Shown here one piece after another: positions 1 to 9,891 of a stretch of DNA of 12,493 bases (the first letter of the stretch is position 1; the number at the start of each line of letters is the position of its first letter). The DNA is from Zygnema circumcarinatum SAG 698-1b. Taxonomy: Eukaryota > Plantae > Zygnematophyceae. Location of the stretch: the NCBI GenBank assembly GCA_037447605.1, contig JBBHKD010000048.1:1-12493 (forward strand), read 5' to 3'. The notes below the pieces were generated by a model. It saw only the letters and a list, made by a program, of their open reading frames with translations, did no database searches and had not been told where the DNA came from. The translations under genes and the position numbers were made by a program.

Positions 1-102
1 AGTTACGTATTGCTGTAGGCTCGGTAGATACCTGCAGAGCGTCTGTGGCCTTGCCTTTGTCGCGGTCTACCTTATACGGCCGAGCATTAAATCACGTTAA
101 TA
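1..102 (-). repeat. Probable start of the 3' LTR of the left copia element (partial)
   Basis: By-eye collinear similarity to 3373-3473 (GTTACGTATTGCTGT..TCGGTAGATACCTGCAGAGCGTCTG vs GTTCGAAATGCTTGT..TCCGTACATCCGGCAGTTCGTATG; ends ATCACGTTAATA vs ATCGCTCAACA), next to the PPT candidate. Confidence 0.45.
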
Positions 103-114
103 CCCTCCCCGGCT
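103..114 (-). other. Candidate polypurine tract
   Basis: Minus strand AGCCGGGGAGGG is immediately followed by TATTAAC, a probable mutated TGTT LTR start. Confidence 0.5.
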
Positions 115-280
115 AAATTCGAGCGAGAGAGGGACCGTCTTGATCACGCCATTGGGCGGCCTGGCTTTCCCGATCCTCCATCTTTGGTAGGAGGTTGTGA
201 GGGGAAGTGTATAGGGGGCGTGGGTATTTGTCGTCACTAACCAGCAATACCGGCATACGGTTCTTGCCGTCAGGGCTGCT

Positions 281-318
281 CCCCCTCTGAAGCTCTCTCT
301 CTCTCTTGCTCTCTCTCC
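281..318 (-). repeat. (GA)n microsatellite / purine tract with a second PPT-like GAGGGGGAG
   Basis: + strand CCCCCTCTGAAGCTCTCTCTCTCTCTTGCTCTCTCTCC. Confidence 0.7.
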
Positions 319-333
319 GTGGCTACGGTGTGT

Positions 334-398
334 GATTCGTAGCAATTTGAAGAAGCGGTTTTCGGCTAGATTACATTCGAGGTCGCCAGTTGATTATG
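334..398 (-). pseudogene. Possible C-terminal tail of copia RNase H
   Basis: Minus strand reads NQL[A]/DLECNLAENRFFKLLR across one frameshift, resembling the copia terminus QLADIFTKxLxxxRFxxLR. Confidence 0.5.
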
Positions 399-629
399 CG
401 GCGGGGCGGCTTCGAGCAAGCGGCTCGAAGCGTGGATTGAAGTGCAGAAATTTCCCGTGCTCACGGTTTTACTGTTGCCTTTGGCGGCACTAACTGGCGG
501 GAAGGAACTGCAGGCTCGACCGCACTTCTTCTGCACTTCTTCCCCTCTTTGTAGAAGAACCTCAACTTCGCTTGGACTCGGATTGGTGTAGTAGCGATAT
601 GCGGCGGGTAAATGCGTGAGGTGAGTCTT

Positions 630-1490
630 CTGCCGAAAGTGGCGCGTCGACTATTTATCCCATGGCGTTTGTATTTGGTTCCACACCTATATGCCAAGCT
701 GTTAGGGCATGTAGAGAAAATAACTTTGGATTTGGCGAGCAGCAAATTAGATTGTTGCCTCGCTTTAAGGCTACCGACCAACATTTGGAGCCCAGAGCCG
801 GCGTAAATGCTGTGGGCTTCACACCACTCCATGCTTCCTCGGGACTTTGCGGAGTGCGGCTGGAGTAAATTGAACTTTTGTTTTAGGATGTATCTTTGTA
901 GTCTGACCTTACCCGAGAATGTGAGGGAGGAAAAGAAGGAGATGCAGTGAGCATAGTCACGGCCATATCTCTAGAGTTACATTTGATCCTTCGGCTGCAC
1001 CATTTTTGTTGAGGGTATCTGGGGCTGAAAACTCATCTTTGAATCCCCAAGGGAGGCGAAAATAATTTGTAAACTCACGGACTTGTACTCCCCTCCATTG
1101 CTCCAGTACCAATATTTTGAGTTGAAGGCGGTCTCCCTTTCAACTGTAAATGCCACTCAAAGGCGCCAAATGCTTACGATTTCTGTCTTAAAAGTTTGAC
1201 CCAAACTTTCTGGAAAAAATCATCAAAGTAATGAAGTGCGGCTCCACACTGCCTTGCACAGGTGATTGGGCGCAAAGGTCGAGTGAACAAGTTGAAGGCG
1301 TTCTTGAGCAGGTTCTCCTGGTGCGTTGCTGGCCAAAAGAATGTGATTGAGCTTTGCGGCTTAGCGATGCAGAGAACGTGATCTTGATATGCGGTTGTGG
1401 CCCACTAATCCTCGAACCAAACCTTTACGCAAGGGTCTTGGCCCAGGAAGCCCTAAGTGACCCGGCCTGCGATGCGAGCTTGGCATTAGA
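630..1490 (-). pseudogene. Copia integrase remnant (GAG-pre-integrase/HHCC region, rve core, downstream SH3-like region)
   Basis: HRRPGHLG and KGLVRGL (~1408-1475), RLQLVHS/DLC.PI (~1263-1300), DDFSRK.WVKLLRQKS (~1175-1225), NGGEYKS (~1080-1100), QQNGAAE-like (~990-1015), SPEEAWSGVKP (~813-846), AKSKVIF..NSLAYR..INSR..TF (ORF 461-832). Confidence 0.9.
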
Positions 1491-1599
1491 ATTCTCGATC
1501 CGCTTGCACACACTGTTCAAATTTAAGCCTTCTTCCGGTCGAGAAAGTAAGTAGTTTCTCGGTGCCACTTGCGCAAGTTTGCCGTGAACCAGAACCTCA

Positions 1600-1860
1600 C
1601 AAGCATCCCATCCAAACCAAGTTACATATCCTGTTTCCCAATTTGAGTAAAATTATTACACCCAGCCGGGGTGTGGGACATTTCAATGGAAGAACGGTTT
1701 CTGGCGACTCGATAAGCTTCCAACTTGGCCGAGTGCATGGCGAATTACTTGAGGTATCACCGTGGCGGCATAGACGAGCGAAGTTTCCAAGCTGGTGTAG
1801 CTCTGCAAACATGTGACCTCGGCACACATGTGCTTTGTTGCTCGAGGTCGATGAGCCATG
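1600..1860 (-). pseudogene. Copia aspartic protease remnant
   Basis: Minus strand TGG CTC ATC GAC CTC GA GCA ACA AAG CAC ATG TGT reads WLID[SG]ATKHMC with a 1-nt loss at ~1825-1858. Confidence 0.85.
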
Positions 1861-1939
1861 GATTCACGGGAGGATCCTCATCACGAAGCTGACCAACAAA
1901 AGCATCACATCCATCATCAGCGGCGGCAGATTAGTTTCT

Positions 1940-2730
1940 GCGATTTCGGGCAGTTTACCGCTTTATGACCTTTTTCCTTCTGAAGTGTAGCATGCAGCAG
2001 ATTAATCGATTTTCCTCGGCTCGGCGCGGCTCGTTCATCTTTCCCTTTCTTTGCGACGGTCCGTTGGCCGGTCACGGCTTTCCACAAGTGAAGCACCTTG
2101 GCGGTGCCGGCCTGAATTTCGATCCTCCTTGTCTCTTGACATTGTGAAATGCTAGCACATTGTCGAATGGCCACTTTCCACTTTTTACTGTTGGCGGTGT
2201 CTTCATCTTGGATTCTTCCCTTGACCTGGTCTATGTTCATTTTAGTACAGTTTAGAGTAGTTCTAAGTGAAGCAACAACCAGATTGAACCTCGTGGGGAG
2301 TTCCTCCAAAAACACATCTATTTTATGATCTGAAGGTAAGGGCTGTCCGACTGCTACAAAACTGCTTATCAGGCTATTAAACTTAACCATATAGCTGACA
2401 AGAGTTTCATCATCTTTCATTTTTAAGCTTGCAAGGTCTGGTCAAAGTGACACTAGTATGCGTGCGAAATGTGATAAACATCATACGGGCTTTCCACATA
2501 TAGAACCGATAGGAAGGTCGATTAGTAACCCCGGCCAGTGCAGTACCTACATTCGATGCAATATAACAAGCGGCGGTCTCATTCATGTCGTTCCACTTTT
2601 TAGGTATTCTGTACGCTTTTGTGTTCGATTGGGCCTTGATGGTTCCCGTGGCATTATCATGAGTTTCGCCGATTTCAGAAGTGCGTCATCATACTCGAGT
2701 TTTGTAATGCATTGCCGCCGAAGATGGGGC
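1940..2730 (-). pseudogene. gag: Copia gag remnant (UBN2/Retrotran_gag_2-like core plus two CCHC zinc knuckles)
   Basis: ORF 1917-2420 reads LKMKDDETLVSYMVKFNSLISSFVAVGQPLPSDHKIDVFLEELPTRFNLVVASL. Knuckle remnants are PRCFTCGKP* (~2072-2101) and CYT...KGHKAVNCPK (~1944-1992), both frameshifted. Confidence 0.88.
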
Positions 2731-2762
2731 GCTCACGTAATCCTGACCTAGATCGCAGGTGT

Positions 2763-2775
2763 GCTCACATTACCC
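2763..2775 (-). other. Degenerate primer-binding site (tRNAi-Met type)
   Basis: + strand GCTCACATTACCC resembles GCTCTGATACCA, the reverse complement of the standard plant Met PBS. It lies 2 nt from the LTR TG and just upstream of gag. Confidence 0.5.
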
Positions 2776-2777
2776 TT

Positions 2778-3473
2778 TGTCAGAGTTAGTTCCCCGCCGG
2801 ATGTGCCTACTCACGGCGGAGACATTCTGGTGAGAGAACACACAAAGGGAAACCGCGGCTGAAAAATATGGAGAAAGCTCTAGGGCCTAAAACTCCATTA
2901 AATAAAAGCGGGATGATGATTACATAGAGTATATTCAGCACTAAGCTAGCACTACTCTTTAAGCACCCCCTTCTCGGTTCAACACGGTCTCCTAAGCGGC
3001 CTACACAAGACTGTCAGGACACTTGTAAACCTCTGAGTAATTAAGCTAAGCCAATACTTTATATAAATGCACAACTTGAAGGGCCTTGACTCCTCATTAG
3101 AGCCGCCTCCACCGCTCGATAAGCCTCCATATGCGGCGCCTTGCTAAACCCCGGCCCATACGGCTCATACGGATCCGCCACGGCTCCTTACGGCCGTATT
3201 GTGCTAGGCTGGCTGCGGCGGTGTCACGCCTCCGCCCGATGAGCACGGGCTGGCGCCATTCTGCTTGTTGCCTCCTTGCGATTCACAGCAACCTAATTGC
3301 AGTGGCCGGCCAGATTAAGGCGCCCGCCGATTGACCAGCGGTGGTATACCACGCCACCGCCATACAATAAGCGTTCGAAATGCTTGTGTCCGTACATCCG
3401 GCAGTTCGTATGCGCCGTCCAAATCCCTGGCACTCACCGGTACATGCGGTATCCGTCTGTGTATCGCTCAACA
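2778..3473 (-). repeat. 5' LTR of the left copia element (~696 bp)
   Basis: Bounded on + by TGTCA at 2778 (beside a degenerate PBS) and CAACA at 3469-3473, after which spacer sequence AACCATT starts abruptly. It is non-coding and shares blocks with the LTR-like segment at 11773+. Confidence 0.7.
3058..3067 (-). promoter_or_regulatory. Candidate LTR TATA box
   Basis: Palindromic TTTATATAAA about 410 bp into the LTR in element orientation, with GC-rich U3-like sequence upstream. Confidence 0.4.
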
Positions 3474-3623
3474 AACCATTCGCGTGGGACGAAACAACCA
3501 TTGCCGCTGGTTCCAACCATTTAGCCCGTCACAAGCAACCATTCGCAGAAAGGGCGTCGATGTCTTTACGGAAAGGAGAAAAGAAAGCGGGAAAAGAAGA
3601 AGGCGACAGCACGCATGCATAGC

Positions 3624-3734
3624 GTGGTGCGATCATACCTAATCTGCAATAGGATCCCATCGAGAACTCAGGCTGGCGTGGGGCGGAATGAAATGCTTTG
3701 GGATGGGTGACCTCGAAGTCGGTGTACAGCACCC
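3624..3734 (+). pseudogene. Degenerate 5S rRNA copy 1
   Basis: GTGGTGCGATCATACCT, GGATCCCATC, GGGATGGGTGACCTC and GCACCC are retained. The A-box region is disrupted and there are several deletions. Confidence 0.85.
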
Positions 3735-4490
3735 ACACCTTTTTACTCTTTTCTTTCATTTTTGAAATGGTCAAACATCAACATCGATGGTGTGACCAAT
3801 CATGTTGGACATTGTTCTTGACACATTCTTGGTGGCGTCACAAGGTGGCCTTGTGAGGCAGCATACTGCGGCAAGCGGTCGGCGACAATTACTTGCCAAA
3901 TGGTTGGAACCATCGCGCCCGGGACCGACACAACCGTACTGCGGTTGCAACCATTGGCGATGGTTGGTTTCATTACCCGACCATTCTTGCCGCCCGGCCT
4001 TGAATTCAAGATTGCCAACCATTGGCAATAGTTGTTTAGGGCTGGCGGCAATGGTTGTAGCGTTGAAAGCAAGTGGCCCGTCATTGCAACCCTTTGCGTT
4101 CAGGTCGCCCGACCATTGTGACGGACAAAACAACGACGATTGCGATGGTTGCAGCCATACCGTTACTGCTTGATGCGGTTGCCACCATTGTAATGGTTTT
4201 TCGATTAGCAACCATTCGCATGGCCTTCAATTCAAGGTTGCCAACCATTGGCGATCGGTTGTTTAGGGCCGGCGGCAATGGTTGGCAACATGGAAACCCA
4301 TTGCCAATGGTTGCAACCATTTTATTCCTTGGTTGCCAAACATTGCGACGGGACCGAAACAACCATTGCCTCTGGTTCCAACCATTGCCGCCCGATTCCT
4401 AAACAACCATTGCGAGAAAGTCGATGTCTTCCCGGAAAGGGAGAAAAGAAAGCGAAGCGAACAAGAGTACGACACTTGCGTCCGTACCGC

Positions 4491-4615
4491 GTGGTGCGCG
4501 ATCATACCTGAGCTACTACGGCGGATCCCATGGAACTCACGCCTTCTAAGCGCACATGGGCCGGAATAGTCTCTTGGGATGGGTGACCTCCGGGGGAGAT
4601 CGATTAATGGCACCC
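4491..4615 (+). pseudogene. Degenerate 5S rRNA copy 2
   Basis: 5S landmarks are retained with indels, and the 3' end is a variant (GATCGATTAATGGCACCC). Confidence 0.85.
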
Positions 4616-5386
4616 ACACCTTTTACTCTTTTCTTTCATTTTTGGAAATGGTCAAGCATCAACATCGATGGTGTGACCAATCATGTTGAACATTGTTCTT
4701 GACTTTGTTCTTGAGCGTCACAAGGTGACGCCTTGGCGGACTGCTTGTATCTCGGCAAGCCGGTCCGAAACAGCTATTGCCAAATTGTTTGGAACCATCG
4801 CCGCCCGGACCGACACAACCATTGCCTACGGTTGCAACCATTGGCAATGGTTGGTTTTCAATGTTGCCAACCATTGCCGCCCGCCGGCCCTTGAATTCCA
4901 AGATTGCCAACCATTGGCAATAGTTGTTTAGGGCTGGCGGCAATGGTTGGCAACGTTGAAAACCGTGGCCCATCATTGCAACCACTGCATTCCAAGGTCG
5001 CCAACCATTGTGACGGGACAAAGGCAAAACAACGATTGCCAATGGTTGCAACCATACCATTACTGCCGGTACTGATTTGCCACCATTGGCAATGGTTTTC
5101 GATTGGCAACCATTGCGCCCGGCCCTTCAATTCCAGGTTGCCAACCATTGGCGGTCGTTGTTTGGGCCGGCGGCAATGAGGATAACGCTATGAAACCATT
5201 GCCAATGGTTGCAACCGGTAATTCGGGTTGCCAACCATTGCGGCGGGACGGAAACAACCATTGCCACTGGTTCCAACCATTGCCGCCCGGTCCTAAGCAA
5301 CCATTGCGAAAGTCCGATGTCTTCCACGGAAAGGAGAAAAGCGAGAAAAAAAAGCGAACAAAGTACGACGCACGCGTCATTGCCGC

Positions 5387-5500
5387 GTGGTGCGATCATA
5401 CCTAGGCTACTGCGGCGGATCCCATCGAACTCCAGCGTGGCGCGTAGGCCAGAATAATCTTGGGATGGGTGACCTCCCGGGAAGTCCCCGTGACCCACCC
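5387..5500 (+). pseudogene. Degenerate 5S rRNA copy 3
   Basis: The 5' end and C-box are intact. The A-box CTAAG is lost (CTCCAGCGTGGCGCG) and the first T-run is broken (CCTATTA). Confidence 0.85.
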
Positions 5501-6277
5501 ACACCTATTACTCTTTTCTATCATTAATGGAAAAGGTCAAACATCAACATCGATGGTGTGACCAATCATGTTGGACATTGTTCTTGACCTGTTCTTGGTT
5601 GACGTCACAAGGTGACGCCTTGGCGGACTGCTTGTATCTAGGCAAGCCGGTCAGAAACACCAATAGACAAATGGTAGGAACCATCGCCGCCCGGACCGAC
5701 ACAACCATTGCCTCTGATTTGCAACCATTGGCAATGGTTGGTTTTAATATTGCCAACCATTGCCGCCCGCCCGACCTTGAATTCAAGATTGCCAACCATT
5801 GGCAGTTGTTGTTTTAGGAGCTGGCGGCAATGACAACAGCGTTAAGCCGTGGCCATCATTGCAACCGCGCATTCCAAGATTAGCCAACCATTCGCGGCCC
5901 GGGACAAAACAAACAGCGATTGCCAATGGTTGCAGCCATACCATTGCTGCGGTGCGGTTTGCCACCATTGGCAATGGTTCCCTCGATTGGCAACCATTTA
6001 GCCCGGCCCTTCAATTGGGTTGCCAACCATTGGCGATCGTTGTTTGGGGCGGTGACGTGGTTGTAACATGAACTATTGCCAATGGTTGCAACCGTTGAAT
6101 TCCGGGTTGCCAACCATTGCGGCCCGGGACGGAAACAGCCATTGCCACTTTGGTTCCAGCCATTGCCGCCCGGTCCTAAACAACCATTGCCGAAAGGAGG
6201 CGTCCGATGTCTTCCCTCGAAAGGAGAAAAGAAAACAGAAAAAACCACCAAAGCCTGACACTTGCACGTCCGTACAC

Positions 6278-6396
6278 GTGGTGCGATCATACCTAGGCTA
6301 CTACGCCGGATCCCATCAGAACTCCGCAGCTAAGCTCCTGTGGGCCGGATTATTACTGGTATTGGTGAACTCCCTGGAATTCCCGTTGTCGCACCC
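6278..6396 (+). pseudogene. 5S rRNA copy 4, full length (119 nt) with a mutated 3' half
   Basis: The first 58 nt are identical to copy 8. Ten substitutions follow between 6336 and 6386, including in the C-box (GGTATTGGTG). Confidence 0.85.
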
Positions 6397-7173
6397 ACAC
6401 ATATTACTCTTTTCTTTCATTTTTGGAAATGGTCAAACATCAACATCGATGGTGTGACCAATCATGTTGGACATTGTTCTTGACATGTTCTTCGCTGACG
6501 TCACAAGGTGACTCCTTGGCGGAAAGCTTGTCTCTCGGCAAGCCGGTCCGAGACAGCGATTGCCAAATGGTTGGAACCATGCGCCGCCCGGGACCGACAC
6601 AACCATTCTGATTTGCAACCATTGGCAATGGTTGGTTTCTCAACCTGTTACCAACCATTGCCGCATGCGCCCGGCCTTGAATTCAAGATTGCCAACCATT
6701 GGCAATAGTTGTTTAGGGCTGGCGGCAATGGTTGGCAACGTTGAAAACCGTGGCCCATCATTGCAACCACTGCATTCCAAGGTCGCCAACCATTGCGACG
6801 GGACAAAAACAAACAACGATTGCCAATGGTTGCAACCATACCATTGCCTGCGGTACGGTTGCCACCATTGGCAATGGTTTTTCGATTGGCAACCATTGCC
6901 GCCGGCCCTTCAATTCCAAGGTTGCCAACCATTGGCGTCGTTGTTTAGGGCGGCGGCAATGGATAACAACTATCAAACACCATTGCCAATGGTTGCAACC
7001 AAATTTGAATTCGAGTTGCCAACCATTCGCGGCGGAACGAAACAACCATTGCCCTTTGGTTCCAACCATTGCCGCCCGGTCCTAAACAACCATTGCGAAA
7101 GGAGGCGTCGATGTCTTCCCTCGAAAGGAAAAGCAGAAAAAACCACCAAAGCCGACACTTGCGTCATTACCGC

Positions 7174-7302
7174 GTGGTCGCGTCATACCCACCTAGGCTA
7201 CTCACCACGGCGAGGATCCCATCAGAACTCCGCGGCTAAAAGCCTGTGGGCCGGAATAGTACTGGGATGGGTGACCTCCCGGGAAGTCCCGGTGTCGCAC
7301 CC
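7174..7302 (+). pseudogene. 5S rRNA copy 5, 5' half with insertions, 3' half intact
   Basis: GGGCCGGAATAGTACTGGGATGGGTGACCTCCCGGGAAGTCCCGGTGTCGCACCC is perfect. The 5' part has small insertions (CATACCCACCTAGG). Confidence 0.85.
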
Positions 7303-8087
7303 ACACCATTTTTACTCTTTTCTTTCATTTTTGGAAATGGTCAAACATCAACACATTGGGGGTCTGACCAATCATGTTGGACTTTGTCCTTGCCCTGTTC
7401 TGGGCGGCCGCCACAGGGTGACGCCTGGGCGGCCTGCTTGCCTCTCGGCAAGCCGGTCCAAAACAGCAATGGCCAAATGGTTGGAACCATCGCCGCCCGG
7501 ACCGACACAACCATTGCCTACGGTTGCAACCATTGGCAATGGTTGGTTTTCAATGTTGCCAACCATTGCCGCCCGCCGGCCCTTGAATTCCAAGATTGCC
7601 AACCATTGGCAATAGTTGTTTAGGGCTGGCGGCTGTGGTTGGCAACGTTGAAAACATGGCCCATCGTTGCAAACCACTGCATTCCAAGGTCGCCAACCAT
7701 TGCGACGGGACAAAAACAAACAACGATTGCCAATGGTTGCAACCATACCATTACTGCTGATGCGGTTGCCACCATTGGCAATGGTTTTCGATGTTAGCAA
7801 CCATTTACTTACGGCCGCTTCAATTCCAAGGTTGCCAACCATTGGCGTCGTTGTTTAGGGCGGCGGCAATGGTTAACAGCATGGAAACCGGTACCAATGG
7901 TTGCAACCATTGAATTCAGAGGTTGCCAACCATTGCGACGGGACCGAAACAACCATTGCCACTGGTTCCAACCATTGCCGCCGGTCCTAAACAACCATTG
8001 CCGAAGGAGGCGTCCGATGTCTTCCCTCTCGAAGGAGAAAGAAAGCGAGAAAAAAACCGATAGCTGACACTTTGCGTCCGTACCGCG

Positions 8088-8213
8088 GTAGTGCGATCAT
8101 ACCTAGGCTACTACGCGGATCCCCGCCGAGAGAACTCCACGCCCAGCTAAAGCGCCCGGTGGGCGGAATAGTCGCTGGGATAGGTGACACTCCGGGAAGT
8201 CGATTATGCGCTT
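8088..8213 (+). pseudogene. Degenerate 5S rRNA copy 6
   Basis: GTGCGATCATACCTAGGCTACTACGCGGATCCC is retained, with many indels and the variant 3' end GAAGTCGATTATGCG. Ends are approximate. Confidence 0.8.
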
Positions 8214-8997
8214 ACACCTTTTTACTCTTTTCTTCCATTTTTGGAAATGGTCAAACATCAACTTTATCGATGGGTGTGATATCATGTTGGACATTGTTGC
8301 TGACATTCTTGGTGACGTCACAAGGTGGCGCCTTGGCTGGCGAACTGCTTGTCTCGGCAAGCGGTCGAAACAGCAATTGCCAATGGTTGGAACCGCCGCC
8401 CGCCCACGGACGACACAACCATTGCCTACGGTTGCAACCATTGGCAATGATTTGGTTTTCTCAACTGTTACTTGCCAACCATTGCCGCCCGCCCGACCTT
8501 GAATTCAAGATTGCCAGCCATTGGCAATAGTTGTTTAGGAGCTGGCGGCAATGGTTGGCGTTGAAACCGTGGCCCATCATTGCAACCACTGCATTCCTAG
8601 GTCGCCAACCATTTCGATGGGACAAAAACAAACAACGATTGCAAATGGTTGCAACCATACCATTGCCTGCGGTACGGTTGCCACCATTGGCAATGGTTTT
8701 TCGATTGGCAACCATTGCCGCCGGCCCTTCAATTCCAAGGTTGCCAACCATTGGCGATCGTTGTTTAGGGCCGGCGGCAATGGTTGGCAACATGGAAACC
8801 CATTGCCAATGGTTGCAACCATTGAATTCCGAGGTTGCCAACCATTGCGACGGGACCGAAACAACCATTGCCCTTGGTTCCAACCATTACGCCCGGGTCC
8901 CTAAACAACCACCATTGCGAGGAGGCGTCCGTGCTTCCCTGGAAGGAGAAAGAAACAGAAAAAAGCGAACAAAGAGCTGACACTTGCGTCCGTGCAC

Positions 8998-9119
8998 GTG
9001 GTCGCGATCATACCTAGGCTTCACTACGCGGGATCCCATCGAGAACTCAGCGGCTAAAGCGCGTAGGGCGGAATAATCTTGGGATGGGTGACCTCCCGGG
9101 ATGTCCCGGTGTAGCTCCC
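8998..9119 (+). pseudogene. Degenerate 5S rRNA copy 7
   Basis: All 5S landmarks are recognisable, with scattered 1-nt indels and substitutions. Confidence 0.85.
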
Positions 9120-9891
9120 ACACCTTTTTTACTCTTTTCTTTCATTTTTGGAAATGGTCAAACATCAACATCGATGGTGTGACCAATCATGTTGGACATT
9201 GTTCTTGACCTGTTCTTGGCTGAAGTCACAAGGTGACGCGTTGGCGGACTGCTTGTCTCTCGGCAAGCCGGCCAGAAACAGCAATTGCCAAATGGATTTG
9301 GAACCATGCATACGCCGGACCGACACAACCATTGCCTCACGGTTTGCAACCATTGGCAATGGTTTGGTTTCAATATTGCCAACCATTTGCGCCCAGCCAG
9401 AGCCCTTGAATTCAAGATTGCCAACCATTGGCGTAGTTGTTAGGGCTGGCGACGTGGTTCAGCAACGTTAGCGTGGCCCATCATTACGGCAACGCATTCC
9501 AAGGTCGCCAACCATTCGCGACGGGACAAGCAAACAGCGATTGCCAATGGTTGCAACCATACCGCCATTGCGATGCGGTTGCCACCATTGGCAATGGTTT
9601 TTCGATTGGCAACCATTGCCTCCGGCCCTTCAAATCCAAGGTTGCCAACCATTGGCGTCGTTGTTTAGGGCGGCGGCAATGGTGGCTGCTATCAGAAAAG
9701 CTCATTGCCAATGGTTCGCAACCATTGAATTCGAGGTTGCCAACCATTGCGACGGGACCGAAACAAGCATTGCCACTGGTTCCAACCATTGCCGCCGGTC
9801 CCTAAACAACCATTGCGAGAGTCGATGTCTTCCCTGAAAGGAGAAAAGAAAGCGGGAAAAAACCAGCAAAGGGTGACACTTGCACGTACAC

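Larger units (their letters stand above)
1..3473 (-). mobile_element. Degenerate Ty1/copia LTR retrotransposon (5'LTR-PBS-gag-PR-IN-[RT not seen]-PPT-3'LTR), running off the left edge
   Basis: Minus-strand motifs occur in copia order: gag core, two CCHC knuckles, WLID(SG)ATKHMC, HRR(L)GHLG..KGLVRGL, LVHSDLC(G)P, DDFSRK.WV, NGGEY, QQNGAAE-like, SPEEAWSGVKP. All are interrupted by frameshifts or stops. Confidence 0.93.

Noticed and set aside
2458-3642. Short ORFs over gag antisense and the LTR, and likewise 12001-12444
   Set aside because: They have no recognisable domains and overlap gag antisense or GC-rich LTR sequence, so they are consistent with chance.
5268-5280. tRNA-type B-box (GGTTCCAACC) in the spacer
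   Set aside because: It does not fit GGTTCRANNCC, has no A-box or cloverleaf, and is a variant of the GGTTGCAACC palindrome.
8763-8770. Plant telomere motif TTTAGGG / CCCTAAA
   Set aside because: Only single, non-tandem copies occur, as parts of the inverted-repeat arms. This is not a telomeric array.
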